A stretch of 64,000 nt of DNA from Squalus acanthias (lineage: Eukaryota). The stretch lies in contig CM059432.1 in the NCBI GenBank assembly GCA_030390025.1, positions 117,988,001 to 118,052,000 on the forward strand. The letters run 5' to 3'. Within the stretch, counting starts at the first letter, position 1. Every line of letters begins with the position of its first letter. Shown here one piece after another: positions 1 to 13,681 of the stretch. The notes below the pieces were generated by a model. The model ran no database searches and was not told the origin of the DNA. It saw only the letters and a list, made by a program, of their open reading frames with translations. Position numbers and translations under genes: made by a program.

Positions 1-910
1 CTGTAGCTCAGCAAAATATCGTGCATAGCATGTGCATGTGAATTTAACAATGGCATCCATCCAAAGGATATTCCAAGATGCAGCCCACAAGATCGCAATA
101 CATTCCCAGAGTTTGTTTATAACCAGCCTCTGCGAATGACCACGGTTGACAAATTTTAACAAATTTGCAAAATCTTTGTGTACATGGTCATAGCAAGTCG
201 AAGGAAATAAGCTGCAGCGAGCTGCAAAAGAAATTTGCTTTTATAGGATGAAGGTTGCACAAGGAGCAAGTTGAAACCATTGGCGTGATACGACTTCACA
301 TTTTAATAGATTTGCAAAAGCTTTGTGTGTAGGGTTGTATCAGGTATAATGATGAATTTGCTAAACACAGTTGTGGGGCACTGAAAATATTGGGACTGCA
401 TCATCGGACTTGCGTTAGACAACATAGTACTTCCAGAGGTTGTAGAATGCATGTTAAAATTTAAATCACGAAGAATACATATATTGAGGTAAAATACTTT
501 TGCTGCGATGAAAGTATCAACTTTTATCAGCACTTCATTTAACAAACTGTATAGATAGTGCTGTGTACTTGATAAGCTTCCGTCTGTCCCTTGCTGGACT
601 ATGTTGTGTGCAATGCTGCCACTGTGCAAATGCATACCCACAATGGAACTTTAAATAATAAAAAATGAGGATATTGAGGAAAAGATATTTTTATACAAGG
701 AAGTGCTGCCATTTCTCAGCAGGCATCACTCTATAATATTTGTACAATTCTGTAGGCCCAGCTTGTGACTTGTACAAAGCATTGCTAATATGTTTTTTGT
801 GTCGCATGTTTCATGCTACTTCTGGTGTCAATTTCCTTCTGTGAAAGTAAATTTAATTGCTTTCTTTGCTAAATCTTTCATTGCACTTGACTTATGAACT
901 TATACACTGA

Positions 911-3078
911 GACCGCGAAATTCGATCTTGTAGCGCCGGCCATTAAAGCTGGTTTTCTTGAAAAAATGGCGGCTGCCTCGCTTCCGCCCACTTCCGGCGC
1001 GGGACACAGTGGCCACCATCTTGGAGAGGCAGGCAGTGCTGCCGTTGCCTGCACTCGCCTCTCCAATGTAAATGCGCAGATCGTGAAGTCAATAGCTGTG
1101 CAGTGCCTGAATTGATGCACAACTGCAATTTTGGACATTGCCGCACACCATACCGCCCTCTCCTAAACGTACATGCAGCAGTTGTACAGAGACGCTGTTA
1201 GTGCTTCTTAAACGGACACACACATCTTTCAGGTAAGTTTCGATTTTGACTTTTGGAGTTTTTAAAAATATTTTATTGGAGTAGTGGCTTGGTGCAATAT
1301 GTTTAAAAAATAGTTAAAGTGTGCAGAGAGTGCAGGGAGTGCTGCTGGACACTTGCAAGGCTTTGGATGTTAAAGGAAGGTCACTGAGAAGAATACTTGC
1401 TCCCAGTCCTGGGGACTCTAGTTGCAGTCCCACTTGGGCTGCAACATCAGATGGAGATGAAGCAGAGGCACCAAAAAGGACAAGCTGCTCGTAGTGGGAA
1501 GAGGAGGAAGCAGAAGAGGAGGAAGTAGAAGAGGAAGAAGCAGAAAAGAAGGAAGTGGAAGGAAGGAGGCAACCCAGACAGCCTCTTTCTAGCTGGGATA
1601 TCCAGGATGGAATCATCCGCCTGCGGTACCAGTGAACACAACCCCAATTCCACTTTCAACATTAGTCCCACACCTTCCCTTCCCTCTGTTACTGACCCTC
1701 TTGGCCACAATGCTGAAATAAAAGCCACCACAAAGCAAACTTTCCAATCCAACTTTATACATCTAGCCATTCAATATGACATCAAGAAATCAACTAATCA
1801 TCTTTGTGCATTCTCTTAGTGACTGTGTTGTGTGTGCCTTTACCTATCCTACTGATGTCATGCAGTGCTGCCCCAGTGGCTGCTGCATGGCTGGTGGAAG
1901 GCTGCTGGCTTTCAGTGGGGGACATTGCAAATGGCCTTGCAGGATGACCTTGAGGAGCTGGTGGCTGTGAGTGTCAAATCGAGTGATGGTGTTTCTTCTT
2001 CTTCTTCTTCAACACTCTCCTCTCCCTCTTCTTGATCAACCACTGGCTGGGCAGGCTGGAATTCTTGGGTGTCTGAAATGAGGAAGGCACAAGGGTAGAG
2101 TTGTGGTGAGGGGAAGGAGTAAAGCAAGAGGTGCATGCTTACATCATGTGTAACTTGTACATCAGAAGATATTGTGGGATGAGGGGAAAGTGGGCTGTGA
2201 GAAGGAGGATAACGTATGAGGATACCAGCATCTTGTATTCTTTCAGCCCCGTCGCTGGCCAAGGGCTCAGCCAAGAATGGCCAAGGGGGTGAGGTGAAGC
2301 TAGGAATGTGAGGTGAGTGATGGGGAGGGGGATCGTGCATTGAGCAGTGTGTGAGGCTAGTGGTGCAGTTGGTTGGAGATGGGTTTTGAAGATGCATTCA
2401 CTGACCTTGACCACTGGTCTGAGGTCATGAAACTTCTTTGGGCACTGGAGCCAGGTCCTGAAGGCAACACTGCTGGCAGTGATGGCCTCGGTGATCTGGT
2501 CCCACATCGTTCTTTCTGGAGGGCCTCCTGTCCCCTGTGGGTAGAGGACCTCTCTTCCACTTTTGACCCACTGCACAAAGCTTGATTGCTGCTTGCAAGA
2601 CCCTGGGTGCCCTTTCCCTGGCCTACTGAGCCATTTGTGTTAGTGCTGAAGCACTTTTACCATTTTTTACATGCAGAAGGCAGTTCAGCTTTAAGAGCTG
2701 AAGACTGCCTAGTTTGGGATGACTTTTACTAGGGTTTTTTCAGAAAGCAGTTGAGCTTTAAGGGTTAGAGACTGCCCATTTTTGAATATTAAAAAAAAAA
2801 CTCAGAAGGCAGTTCACCTTTAAGGGTTCGAGACTGCTTTCAAAAATGAAAGCCTTGCTTTAAGAGAATGCAGCCTCACTCCAGCGACGTGACATTGGGT
2901 CTCCTGCTGAGCGCACAGCCTGAAACAATGCGATAGACGCTGGGCTGTGCACTAAAATCATTCAAATCAGCAGGCAGCACCAAATTAACATGCTGCCTGC
3001 GCTTTCTAAATGGGCATGAGCAAATCTCGCCCCGCGGTGTCACCGCCCATTTTTGGGCCTTATTGAATTTCTAGGACA
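911..3078. mobile_element. Decayed PIF/Harbinger element (Myb/SANT partner remnant on minus strand ~1900-2580; acidic transposase-tail remnant ~1450-1570)
   Basis: Minus-strand peptide 'WDQITEAI...RTWLQCPKKFHDL' matches the Myb/SANT motif of the intact element at 33275-33511. Degenerate TIR-like ends gaccgcgaaattc / gaatttctaggac. Boundaries approximate. Confidence 0.6.
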
Positions 3079-3108
3079 GAGCATTAGCAAATTTGTTAAA
3101 ATGTAAAA

Positions 3109-3695
3109 GGGGGAAAATTGGCTCACGCCCCCTTTGCCGTAACTTCGCCGGGCAAAAAATTTAGCACCCCCGCGCCCGAAATTCAATGGTAGCACCCCAA
3201 GCAGGAGGCAGGGCACTACTGGAAGCGCGCCCATTGAATATCGCGGTGCTACGTGCAGCAGCGCCATGCGCGCCGGCACGTAGCGCTGCGGTACTATAGG
3301 CTTCCCTCCCCTGATTAAAGGGGAGGGGCCTAGTGCACCGGGGCCCTGCTGGACCACCAGGGAGCGGGGTGCCGGCAAAAGAGCCCAGTACTCAAGAGCA
3401 ATGCCGGGCTGCCCGATCGTGGCTGGCACCTCGCAGGAGGAGGCCAGAGGGGGCAGGTGCTGGCAGGCGGCCCAAAATAAAAAGGGCCATCCGGCACCTG
3501 CCCTTTAATTATTGCCACCCCAGCCACAAGAACGCCCTCCTGACCCTGTCAGACATAGCGTCTGGCGGTAGGTCAGGGGGCGTGAGCCAAGTTTGCGTCC
3601 GGGGCACGAGCAGGGCGTTGCGCACGGCGATGACGTCATCACCGTAGGTGCAGTGCCGCGGGGCGCTACCGGCTACCGCCACCGCTAACTAAATT
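3109..3695. mobile_element. GC-rich Harbinger-like terminal fragment or MITE remnant
   Basis: Starts gggggaaaatt like the Harbinger TIRs elsewhere in the window, with CpG-rich subterminal sequence. No second TIR found. Confidence 0.4.
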
Positions 3696-4889
3696 ATTTA
3701 CAAACTGAAAGGCTGTGCAAGTGTATTCAGGCCTACTCCTAATATATAAATATAGATATCCCACAGGGTAGCATCTGTGTATTAGATCTCTATTGAGCGG
3801 GTTTGACTATACTATTGCTTTTTCTCAGCTCATCAAAAAGGGTGACAGAAATCCTTTAAGTCTCATCCTTTTCCCTCTTTGGATCCATAATTTTTAAAAA
3901 GTCAGTTTAATTTAATCTTAATCTTGAAAGAAGTACCCAATCAAGGGAAGCCCCAGGGACAGCTGTGTAAAACACATGATTGAGATTGATCTGGGGACAG
4001 TTAACTTTAGTTGACAAGAAGCAGAATTAGTTAGCAAGAGACTTAATAATATGCCAAACTGATTGACCCATAACATCCAATACTTGAAAGGCTCTAATAA
4101 GATAACAAAATGTGCCTATCATTCACCCACCACTCCCCCAATTTCCTCTCTTTTTCTCCCCTCTTCCTCCATGGATACTGACTCTTGCTGGGGTACAGTT
4201 CAACGGGTGTAGGCAGCCCTCTGACACCTGGCCCAAGTGGACATTTCTCATATAGGAGCCCCGACAGTGAGTGTTTGCAGGCTATTCAACCATGAAGGCA
4301 CCAGAGCTAAGCTTAATGCTGTTCACACCTGCCGTCACCACACCTGCACCTTCCAGCAGGAGTCACTGGATGGCAATCAGGAGGCCTGGTTCAACGATTC
4401 CTTCCTTGGAGCAGAGATGTTGAGACCAATTGCAGCACGCTAATACTGCCATAACACAGCTTAGAACCTACAACCTTCCAGTCTATCTGGCATCGTGTTC
4501 CTCAGAATTATTTAGCGCATTGCTACTGTCAGCTGTGGCTCGGTGGGTAGCACTCTCTAGGTGGAAGGGGCTAGGAGTGAGCAGGTGCTGCTGGGTGCTT
4601 GATCACTGCAGGGAGTTGTAGTGAGTTTGTAAAAAGTTGGTGGTGGGTTTTTGTGTTTTTTCAGGTTTTAGGTCCATTTTGCTCCTTAAACAGCAACCAG
4701 ATGGCTGCTGAGGGGCCCGGAGTTCTCAGGTTGAATTTAATCAGGGGAGAAAATGTTGGGGGAAGGGAGAAAAAAAGGCCCAATGATTTGGGCCAGGACC
4801 CCAGGAAGTTTGGAAAAGAAAACACGGTGGTGGTTCAGTGCGATGATAAGGAGATACGAGCTTGGGATATTATGAGGACTTTTTTTCAA

Positions 4890-5025
4890 ATTTGTTTATG
4901 GGATGTGGGCGTCACTGGCAAGGCCAGCATTTATTGCCCATCCCTAATTGCCCTTGAGAAGGTGGTGGTGAGCCGCCTTCTTGAACTGCTGCAGTCCGTG
5001 TGGTGAACGTACTCCCACAGAGTTG
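4890..5025 (-). mobile_element. 3' end fragment of a CR1/L2-group LINE
   Basis: Near-identical to 12950-13085. Minus strand reads ...FKKAAHHHLLKGN* followed by AATAAA and an A-rich tail. Confidence 0.65.
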
Positions 5026-5731
5026 TAAGCCTCCTCCTTCACACCCCACCTTACCCTTAATTCCCTTGCACCCTTTCCTATCCATCTCTGTCTCTGTACT
5101 GAATCACTTCAGCATCCTGCCTATGCACCCTTTAGTCTCGCTCTCTGCCATGTAGTGACAACAACTAACAACGCACAGGGAGCTACCTTCCACTTGGCAC
5201 CTTAACCCATCTTTGTCTCACTCAAAGCTTCTATGGTAGGGATTATTCACACTCACTCCATCACTGTGGCTGAAACAGTGGTGGGGTGGCATCGTGTGGA
5301 AAGGGAAAGATTAGTGAGGGGCAGAAGGAGGGAGAAGGGGCAGCTCCTCGGCTCAAACCTAATGTAAGGAAGAGCCTGAAACTGCAGGGAAGGTTCAAAC
5401 AGGAGGTGAAAAAGAGCCAGAGGCTGCAGGAGAAAGCAACAGCTGCTCGAAAAGTTGGGAAGGAGCATGAGAGGAAGGAAGGGCCGGAGATTAAATGATG
5501 GGGGGGATTATCAGGCACACATCCCTTATTCGGAGCCATGATTACTGATCAATTTTTAAAGTACAATAGATTAGTTTATGTTATGGGAGACAAATTAAAC
5601 TTCAGGTTTTGATGTTAATATGTGGTGGAGGAATGGCTGTGCAGAGTGGCGGAATGGATTTGTATGATGCAATGGAATGATCACGATGTGGCAAATGTTT
5701 TTAATGTTCAATAAATAATATATAAAAAAAC

Positions 5732-6195
5732 AGTGGGTAGCACGCTTGTCTCTGGGTCATAAGGTTGTGGGTGCAAGTCCCCCTCCAGAGACTCGAGTGC
5801 AAAAATCTAGGCTGACATTCCAGTGCAGTGCTGAGGGAGTACTGCACTGTCGGAGGTGCCGTCTTTCGGATGAAACGTTAAACCGAGACCCTGTCTGCTC
5901 TCTCAGGTGGATGTAAAAGATCCCATGGCACTATTTCTAAGAAGAGCAGAGCAGTTATCCCCAGTGTCCTGGCCAATATTTATCCCTCCAGCAACATCAC
6001 AAAAACAGATTCTCTGATCATTATCACATTGCTGTTTGTGGGAGCTTGCTGTGCGCAATTTTGGCTGCCGCGTTTCTAACATTACAACAGTGACTACAGT
6101 TCTAAAGTACTTCATTGGCTGTAATGCGCTTTGAGACGTCCGGTAGTCATGAAAGGTACTATATAATTACAAGTCTTTCTTTTATTTCTTTCTTT
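5732..6195 (+). mobile_element. tRNA-derived Deu-domain SINE (SacSINE1-like)
   Basis: tRNA-like head, central gatgtaaaagatcccatggcactattt...gtgtcctggccaa, L2-like tail ending in (tctt)n. Related pieces at 4528-4558, 7910-7947 + 9225-9390, 12200-12328 and 61547-61850. Confidence 0.65.
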
Positions 6196-7947
6196 AAGTC
6201 GGTCCGACTCTCAGTCGAAATAGATTCCCCCTCCTCCAAAATTCAAGAAGTCAATGAAACCCCAGATATCATTTTGAGATAGATTTCCATGCACAAGTTG
6301 CATTGGGTGAAACAGGTATTGTTGCTTTCTTTAAGTAGGTCGCAATACTGCATTTTTCATTTGTTCATTTTCAGCTCTGCCTGAAGCGATGACTAGAGAT
6401 AAATTGCTATCAATGGATATAGCTATTGCTGTTTATTACTGGCCTGAGGCAAACCAAAATACTTTAATGAGTGAATACATTAAAACGACATGATTTAATT
6501 CCCTCCTAATAGATTTATACAGGAGAATGTTTGTGCAGTAAATGACTGCATTACCCTGCAAAACAATGTTGCATGTCTGATGAGTAAAGTGCTATTGAAT
6601 GAGAAACACTGATTAATGATTTTCTTTAACCATTTCGTTGATTAACTTTAGGGAACTTCTGGGGAAGTTTCCGGAGGTTAAACTGGATAGCGTGGCAGAA
6701 CGGGTGTGAGGATGGCAGTCTGCGATTAACCCGCGCTCGTTGATTGCAAAGCAAATCTGTGCTGCCTGTTTATTTCAATGATTGCTGAACACATCGGGAG
6801 GGGGTCTGATATGGGGAACGCTATTTACAGGCAGCTAGCACCTCTTGAGGGGGAGCAGCATGTGGCTGCAAGAAGTACTGTGTACAACTCCTGTGTAAAT
6901 CCTATCTCTCAAATTGCTGAAGCTGGGTGAGAGCGTGCTCCAAAGTTCTCCGATGCTGCACTGGAGGCCTTGGTGCAGGAGGTTGAGAGGAGGAGAGAGG
7001 TCCTCTATCCCCCGGGGGGGCGCAGGACATTTTCCAGGCACATGATGAGGAGAAAATGGGAGGAGGTTCCAGAGGAGGTGAATGCGAGGAGTATTGCTCC
7101 ATGTATCTGGGTGCAGTGTTAGAAGAAATTCAATGATCTGACAAGAGCTGTCAAGGTAAAATCAACTTTCAAGTGGCTTCTCATAACAGCTGCGCCAGCA
7201 GCCTCATCAACTGCTGAATTCACACCAACCCCATCCCCACCTCCGTGCAATCTCTGTCAATCAGTACTGAACACTTCAATTGATATGATTAACCTCATCC
7301 TCACACACTCAGCGCTAGAGACAATTTCACACCCACAAGTCGCATCCCCCACACACACTGCCAGCTATTCAACCATGGCAGCCACATCGCCCAGGCCTAT
7401 CGCAGAACACTCACGAACACACTTCCTATTTCTTGCAGGCGAGGGTGGCACATAATCAGAGGCAGCAGACTGCCACTAGTGGAGCTGCATGCCTTCACAT
7501 ACTTACTCCCATGGAAGGGACGGTCCTGGCCATCATGGAGAGGGGCATTGCAGAGGGCGTGGTGAGTGGCAGTGCTAGATGGTTCAATCATCAGGGCTTC
7601 CGCATACCTAATCCTCCGCCTCCCCTCTCTCTTCTCCCTCACGGCACACACTCTGAATGAAAAGCTGCAGATGGTGTCAGAACGCACCTCTTCCTCTCTC
7701 TCTCCTCTCCCCACACCACAACCTCATTCTTGTCCCTTTGTAATTTCAGATCCTCAAGAAGTGCTCAGTGACTGACGCTGCACGGACTTTAAAGGCTAGG
7801 ATAGAGGAGGGATTGGCACCTGGTGAGTTACTGGGCACACGTACGCAGGAGCCAGGGTGGGCGAAAGGCGGCCACAGGTGCCAGCTTGCCAGAGGGTGAG
7901 ATCACACACAACCAACATCAATAAAAACAGATTATCTGGTCATTTAT

Positions 7948-9224
7948 TGTGAAGGAATAAGCAATATACCTATTCAGAAAAATACACCATTCTATAAAAG
8001 AATTCTGACTTTATTAAAACATGACATACTAGGTTTGAAAATCTAGAAGCCTCAACAATGGAAAAGCTGTAAACAGCATACAGGCTATTGAGATAAGATA
8101 AGTTGTTGACACTGAATCAATAACCTTATTGAAACAGGAGGTTGGAGGTTCCTGAAGTCTGAAGCTTTGGAAAGAACACAATGATATAGCCTGTTAAGGT
8201 GTCTTAAACCAACACTTTCAAATGAAACACAGAAAATTAAAGAAACATATGCCTCCATAAAAATGACATCAAATGAAAGACAGGAGACACGAGTCTGTGT
8301 TGCAACCAGCTGAGGTAACTAAGAAGACAATGGTGCACCCGGTTGAGGTGTTCTAAATGCAAAAGACACAAACAGAAGACTTTGGTAAGAATGACATCAA
8401 ATAGATGCACCAAACATCACATTGTTTTTATGATAAGTTTCGAACACCTAAAGGTAGAGACATAATTCTTAATGCTACCAGCTGAACTGACTGTAAGAAT
8501 AGCAGGGGTCAGCAGAAAAATGACTAGAGATAATTAGCCTACATCAGCAGAAAACTTCAAAGGAAATACCACTGAGAAAGGGTATAAAAATTGAACTTTC
8601 AAATGGGAAGGCAGATTCGCTGTAAAGGGGCAAAGTGATTCTCGGCTTCAGAGGCAAGCTCTGTAAGTCTACAACTCTTTGTACCTCGGGGGTCAAAAAG
8701 GTACTGTATTTGATTTTGGTGGATATCCTGGAATAAACTAAGAACTGTAAAACTAGCAAAGTTAAGATTTGAGAATAAGGATCGCTGATAATAAGATTAT
8801 AAAAGCTTTTTGTATTTGGAACTGTTAATGCTGTGATTGAATCACCAACTGTAAATTACATGTCGGTTCTTTAATAAATCTATATATTTTTAGAATTGTC
8901 TCACATAGTACTTCTGTATCAAACTCGGGAACTCAATCTCTGTACACTCTTTGGTGAGGAGTTGCAGAATTCTGGGGGAGTTTTCCGGACCCTCATAATA
9001 TCCGGAAAGTTACAGTCTAGCTAAACTTATTAAAAGTGCTATCTGGAGGATGGTAACATCTTCAGGTTGTTCCTTTCCTTTAGGGAGAGATAGTCTGGAC
9101 CTTTAGACCCAATTAAGCATCTTTAGGATTCGGCTACCTCAAACTTTAGTTGAAAGTGAACGTCTGGGGAATACGCTTGACCTGGGGTAGCCCTAAAGGG
9201 GCTAGGACTAGTATTATCCCTTTA
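7948..9224 (+). mobile_element. Solo LTR, family B, copy 1
   Basis: TGTGAAGGAATAA...TTATCCCTTTA ends, TTAT 4-bp TSD, TATAAAA at ~8584, AATAAA at ~8873. Homologous to three other copies. Confidence 0.85.
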
Positions 9225-9455
9225 TTATCTCATTGTGGTTTGTGGGATTTAGTTGTGCGCAATTTAGTTGACGCGTTTCATACAGTGACTACACTTCAGA
9301 AATGTATTTCATTGTCTGTAAAGCACTTTGGGATGTCCTGAGGTTGTGAAAGGTACTTTACAAATGCAAATAATTTCTTTCTTTTTTTTGTTCTAGTTCT
9401 GCTGCCAAGGACTCAGATGATGACTTTGATGGGCCAGGCTACAGAATAAGGCTGC

Positions 9456-9586
9456 ACAAAAACAAAATACTGCGGATGCTGGAAATCTTAAATAAAAACA
9501 GAAAATGCTGGAAACACTCAGCTGGTCAGGCAGCATCTGTGGAGAGAAAAAGAGTTAACGTTTCAGGTCGATGACCTTTCATCAGA
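9456..9586 (-). mobile_element. Short Penelope-type insert ending in a minimal hammerhead motif
   Basis: Minus strand CTGATGA-AAGGTC-ATC-GACCT-GAAA-CGTT. Interrupts the Myb remnant and is flanked by an imperfect direct repeat (cagaataaggctg / cagaatatggttg). Confidence 0.6.
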
Positions 9587-10599
9587 ATATGGTTGATGGA
9601 CATACATTTTAAAATGCTTGATGCATTGGGAAGCCTGCTGGAAATGTCAAGGAGCATGGAGCAGCCCACCTCCAACATGGCCATGGTTTTCCACGGAGGT
9701 CGGAGTCCATCCTTTCCAACGTGGAATGGGTTGTCACCAACCTTCCCTCTAAGCTGCACGGCCTTGTGCTGCGCAGCTTTCTGCCGGTCCCGCACAGCCC
9801 GGGACTGTCTTTTCCAATGTTAAATTTCGCACATGCGCGAAACGGTGAATGGGCCGTGCAGCCCCTTAAAGGGGCTGCGCACCCAAAACAAAAATTAGGG
9901 AGAACATTGGTTGTCACCTTGATCAGCACAGTTGTGGAACCTACCCTGATGGAATGTCTGATGTCTAATCTGCCAGCTTCCATTGCTGCAGTTTTCTCAG
10001 ACTGCTGCATACTTGGCTCTGTATGCCCCTGTATGCCCCATTCGCCAACAAAGCACTATGATTTATGAGGAACTGCCCCAGGAGACTGGCATTGGGTCCA
10101 TGCAAGAGGAACCTGTTGTCTTCTCTCAGGATGCCAGCATACTTGCCCCCACCCCTGCCACCCCACCAGTGCCCTTGCTGTTGCCTGTCAACCAGCCAGC
10201 CCTGACTTCTAAAACCCAGGTTGTGATGGTGCAGTCTGCAGCTGGGCCTTCTAGGTCATTCCAAGGCCATCTGCAAGCTCCTCAATGGAAGCTCAGCAGC
10301 CTTCCTCCTCCCAAGCTCCAGCCACTGGGGAAGCACCTCGTAGGAGCACCAGGATAGGGAAAGGAATGAAAGACAGATACTAAGGGAATGCACAAGGGTG
10401 ATTAGTTTCATTTTGTATGCATAATGCAATGATTATTTTGATAAATTTTGATTTGACTTTGCATTTGGTGTTGGTTTTTATGTTTGCAATCAATTGAGGG
10501 AGGTACCAATACGTGCTAACAGAAAGAGGCCGATATGATGGTTGTTGATAGAGGAAAGGACTGCTGGTGAATGTGGAGGTGTAGGTGAGGTAAGTGGAA

Positions 10600-11692
10600 G
10601 CACTTCTCAAGGAACTGATCTCTTTGAGCCCTGGCAGAAGGAGGCTGTCTAGGCTCCTGTCTAACTTCCTCCTCTTACTTCTACTCTTCCTCTTCCTGCT
10701 CTACATGCTCCTCCTGCTCAGTTTGTCCACTGACAGGTGGAGGCAAGGGCTGGTCCCTCATGATGCCTTTTTGTGTAGCATGCAGCAGATGACCAGAAAT
10801 CTGGCTACCCGCTCAGCCGTGTACTGCAGGGCTTCTGCTGAATGGTCCAGGCAGCGGAAGCATTGTTTGAGGACTGATTATCTGCTTGATATTATTCCTT
10901 GTGGCAGCATAGCTCTCCTTGTAGGCCTTCTGTGCTGGTATGTATGAGTTCCTAACTGAAGTCATGAGCCATGTCAGGGGGGGATAACCCTTGTCGTTAA
11001 CTTGGAGGCCTGGTTGGAATAAAGGCGGCACATAAGACTGGTGCAGAGTGAAGGAGTCATGACTGCTGCCAGGATAGCAAGCACAGAGCTGCCTGATGAG
11101 CTGCCTGTGGTCACAAACCAGCTGCTGGACATTGAGGGACTGGAACCCCTTTTTATTGATAAATATTGCAGGGTTCTCATGGGGCGGATGCAAGGCATTT
11201 GGGCGAAACCTCGTGCTATCTCCACCTGCTTCTCTTTGGCAATGGGGAAGGAGATGCAAGTGTTTCTCATGGTTTACAGAGCCTGGGTGACCTCCCTGAT
11301 ACATCGGTGCATTGAGAACTGGGAGATGTTGCTAGTATCACCATTTGCAGCATGAAAACAGCTCATTGGATAAAAGTTGAGAGCGACGATGACCTTGACA
11401 TCCACAGGCAGTGCTGTCCATGCCCTGGTTTGAGGCTGCAGTATTGTGGCTGCAGCAGCTAACATATCTCAGTAACAATCTCCTTGGTGAAGCGAGGGCA
11501 CCTCACACACTGCTCCTCACTGAAGTTGAGGTCGGGGAAATGGTCCATAAAGACTCTCTGTGGATATGGCCTCCTGCTGAGTGTCCTGCTTCTCCTCCTC
11601 CCTCTTCTGGAAGCTTGTTCTGCTCTGTTATATCTTCCTTCATGCTCCCAGTCATGCTCTATGCCGAGAGGAAGCCCTATCAGACCACCCAT
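10600..11692 (-). pseudogene. Harbinger DDE transposase (HARBI1-like), frameshifted
   Basis: RRPYPQRVF, VKVIVALNFY, NKKGFQSLNVQ, HDSF and DKGYP motifs spread over several frames. Confidence 0.85.
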
Positions 11693-12715
11693 GTTTGCAG
11701 GCAGACTATCTGTGATGCTAACGGCAAGGGCAGTGCAAAGACAGCCAAACCTCTATCTCTGTAGATTAATTTAACTTCATACAGCCCTAGAATTCAGCCA
11801 TAAACACCTAGAATTTGAGCAGTAGGCAAAATAAATAATCCCTCAATTTATCTGTAACTCCTGCATGATCCCTTTCAATACCACTGGTTGCGGGGGGAGT
11901 CCTTCATGCTGTTTAGCATCATGTTCTGCTGAGCGAGGTAAGGACAGGGCATTCAGTTGACTGGGGACTTCCAAAATGGCAGCGCGGGCTTCAAATCAGC
12001 ATTGCACACTGATCCACGTCATGATCTAAATGTTCTGCATGTTGCAGGTGATCGGTAGGTGACCGCGCGCTAACTATTTTACCAAGATGGTGCACGGTAC
12101 ACTTCACATCGGAGGTGCAGCTTGAAGACCATTTTCGGACCTTAGGTGGCCGCATAGCACCTGAAAAATGAATGCTACGCAGCCCAGTTTAACCCCCCGT
12201 CTGTTTCCTTTACAACATTACAACCGCGACTTCATTAAAAAAAAAGTACTTCATTGGTTGTAAAGCGCTTTGAGACGTCCGGTGGTTGCGAAAGGCGCTT
12301 TATAAATGCAAGTCTTTCTTTCTTTCTTTGTGCAAGGATGCCACGGACATGTCCCTTTTCATCATACAGATGTTTTCACTGCAGCTTGTGACTCGCGCAA
12401 AAGCAGATCTTTTTACTGTTGTTTAGGAATCTTCTGTTAGGTATCCCACAGCCATTGACCTCGTGCCACACACCGGCTTGGCATATTTGTAGGTTTGTGC
12501 AGGCCTTTCTCTTCCCAGCTGCTCAAAGCAGGAATTCACTTGTCTTGAAGATGGACTGAAACCTGCCTCCTTCAGCAAGCCATCATTTTCACGATAATCA
12601 TCTTCAACTGCTTCTCCTGGCTGACCCTTGAATGAAGCAAAAATAAGTTGTAGTTTCGCAGCAGCCAGTGACTCTATTTTGACGCTCGTCACTTAATAAA
12701 TCCAAACATGCCTGA

Positions 12716-12935
12716 GGGGCTCCCCTGGTGGCTCAGCTGATCTAAAAAATAAACTGGGCCGCAGAAACCAGAAAGGTCCCACATCTGATCCCAGTTGCTG
12801 GGGAGGGGTTTCGGATTGTAGGGGCGCTGCAATTGGTCTCCACACCCTTAGGTTACAATGGGGAATGTTAGCCAAGGTAACCCCAGTCGGAAGTGCATGT
12901 GTAGGCGTCAGGTGAGGGCGGGGTCGAGCACTGTT
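12716..12935 (+). mobile_element. Possible tRNA-derived SINE fragment (related inverted copy ~4125-4520)
   Basis: Box-A-like ggtggctcag head. Shares caattggtctc with the reverse complement of the sequence near 4425. Confidence 0.35.
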
Positions 12936-12944
12936 GCGATATTT

Positions 12945-13295
12945 AAAAAAATTGTTTATGGGATGTGGGCGTCGCTGGCAAGGCCAGCATTTATTGCCCA
13001 TCCCTAATTGCCCTTGAGCAGGTGGTGGTGAGCCGCCTTCTTGAACCGCTGCAGTCTGTGTGGTGAAGTTCATCCCACAGTGCTGTTAGGGAGGGAGTTG
13101 CAGGATTTTGACCCAGCGATGATGAAGGAGCGGCGATATACTTCCAAGTCAGGATGGTGTGTGACTTGGAGGGGAACTTGGAGGTGGTGGTGTTCCCATG
13201 CGCCTGCTGCCCTTGTCCTTCTAGGTGGAAGAGGTCGCGGGTTTGGGAGGTGCTACCGAAGACGCCTTGGCGAGTTGCTGCAGTGCATCTTGCAG
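12945..13295 (-). mobile_element. 3' fragment of a CR1/L2-group LINE
   Basis: Minus strand encodes ...RRSFIIAGSKSCNSLP...FKKAAHHHL, followed by AATAAA. Confidence 0.65.
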
Positions 13296-13681
13296 TCGAA
13301 TAGCTTGACAATGCTCACATGCATTCATTACTTAGACGAGCTGCTGCAGGGTGCCCATCACCCATTAAACATATCCCAGCAAGAAAAAGGGGACAAAATT
13401 GCCAGGTAAAAGGAAGAAAAGAAAATATAACCAATGGATATTATGGAGGTGAAATTAATATATGCCAATAGCTTGCAACAGGCTTATAGCAAATCAGCAA
13501 GCTCTTCTAGTGGCAAAAAAAATCAGGCACAGTGTAAAAGGGGCTGCTGATTCACTATGAATTTATTTGGCGCTACTGGTGAAGGCCAATTTCACCCTTA
13601 TGTACTTGCCAGTGTACTTCAGAACTCATTGATTCTGCACAGGCTTGGTTCATGCAATAAAAATCTCCCGTCAACCAGCCC

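Larger units (their letters stand above)
6673..12197. mobile_element. Decayed Harbinger element carrying nested SINE, solo LTR and Penelope-type inserts
   Basis: TIR-like ggaggttaaactgg / ccagtttaaccccc. Myb/SANT gene remnant on plus (~6920-10357) and transposase remnant on minus, convergent as in the intact copy. Confidence 0.75.

Noticed and set aside
13296..13410. Possible host exon ending in cag|gtaaaag
   Set aside because: No clear acceptor and no recognisable peptide.
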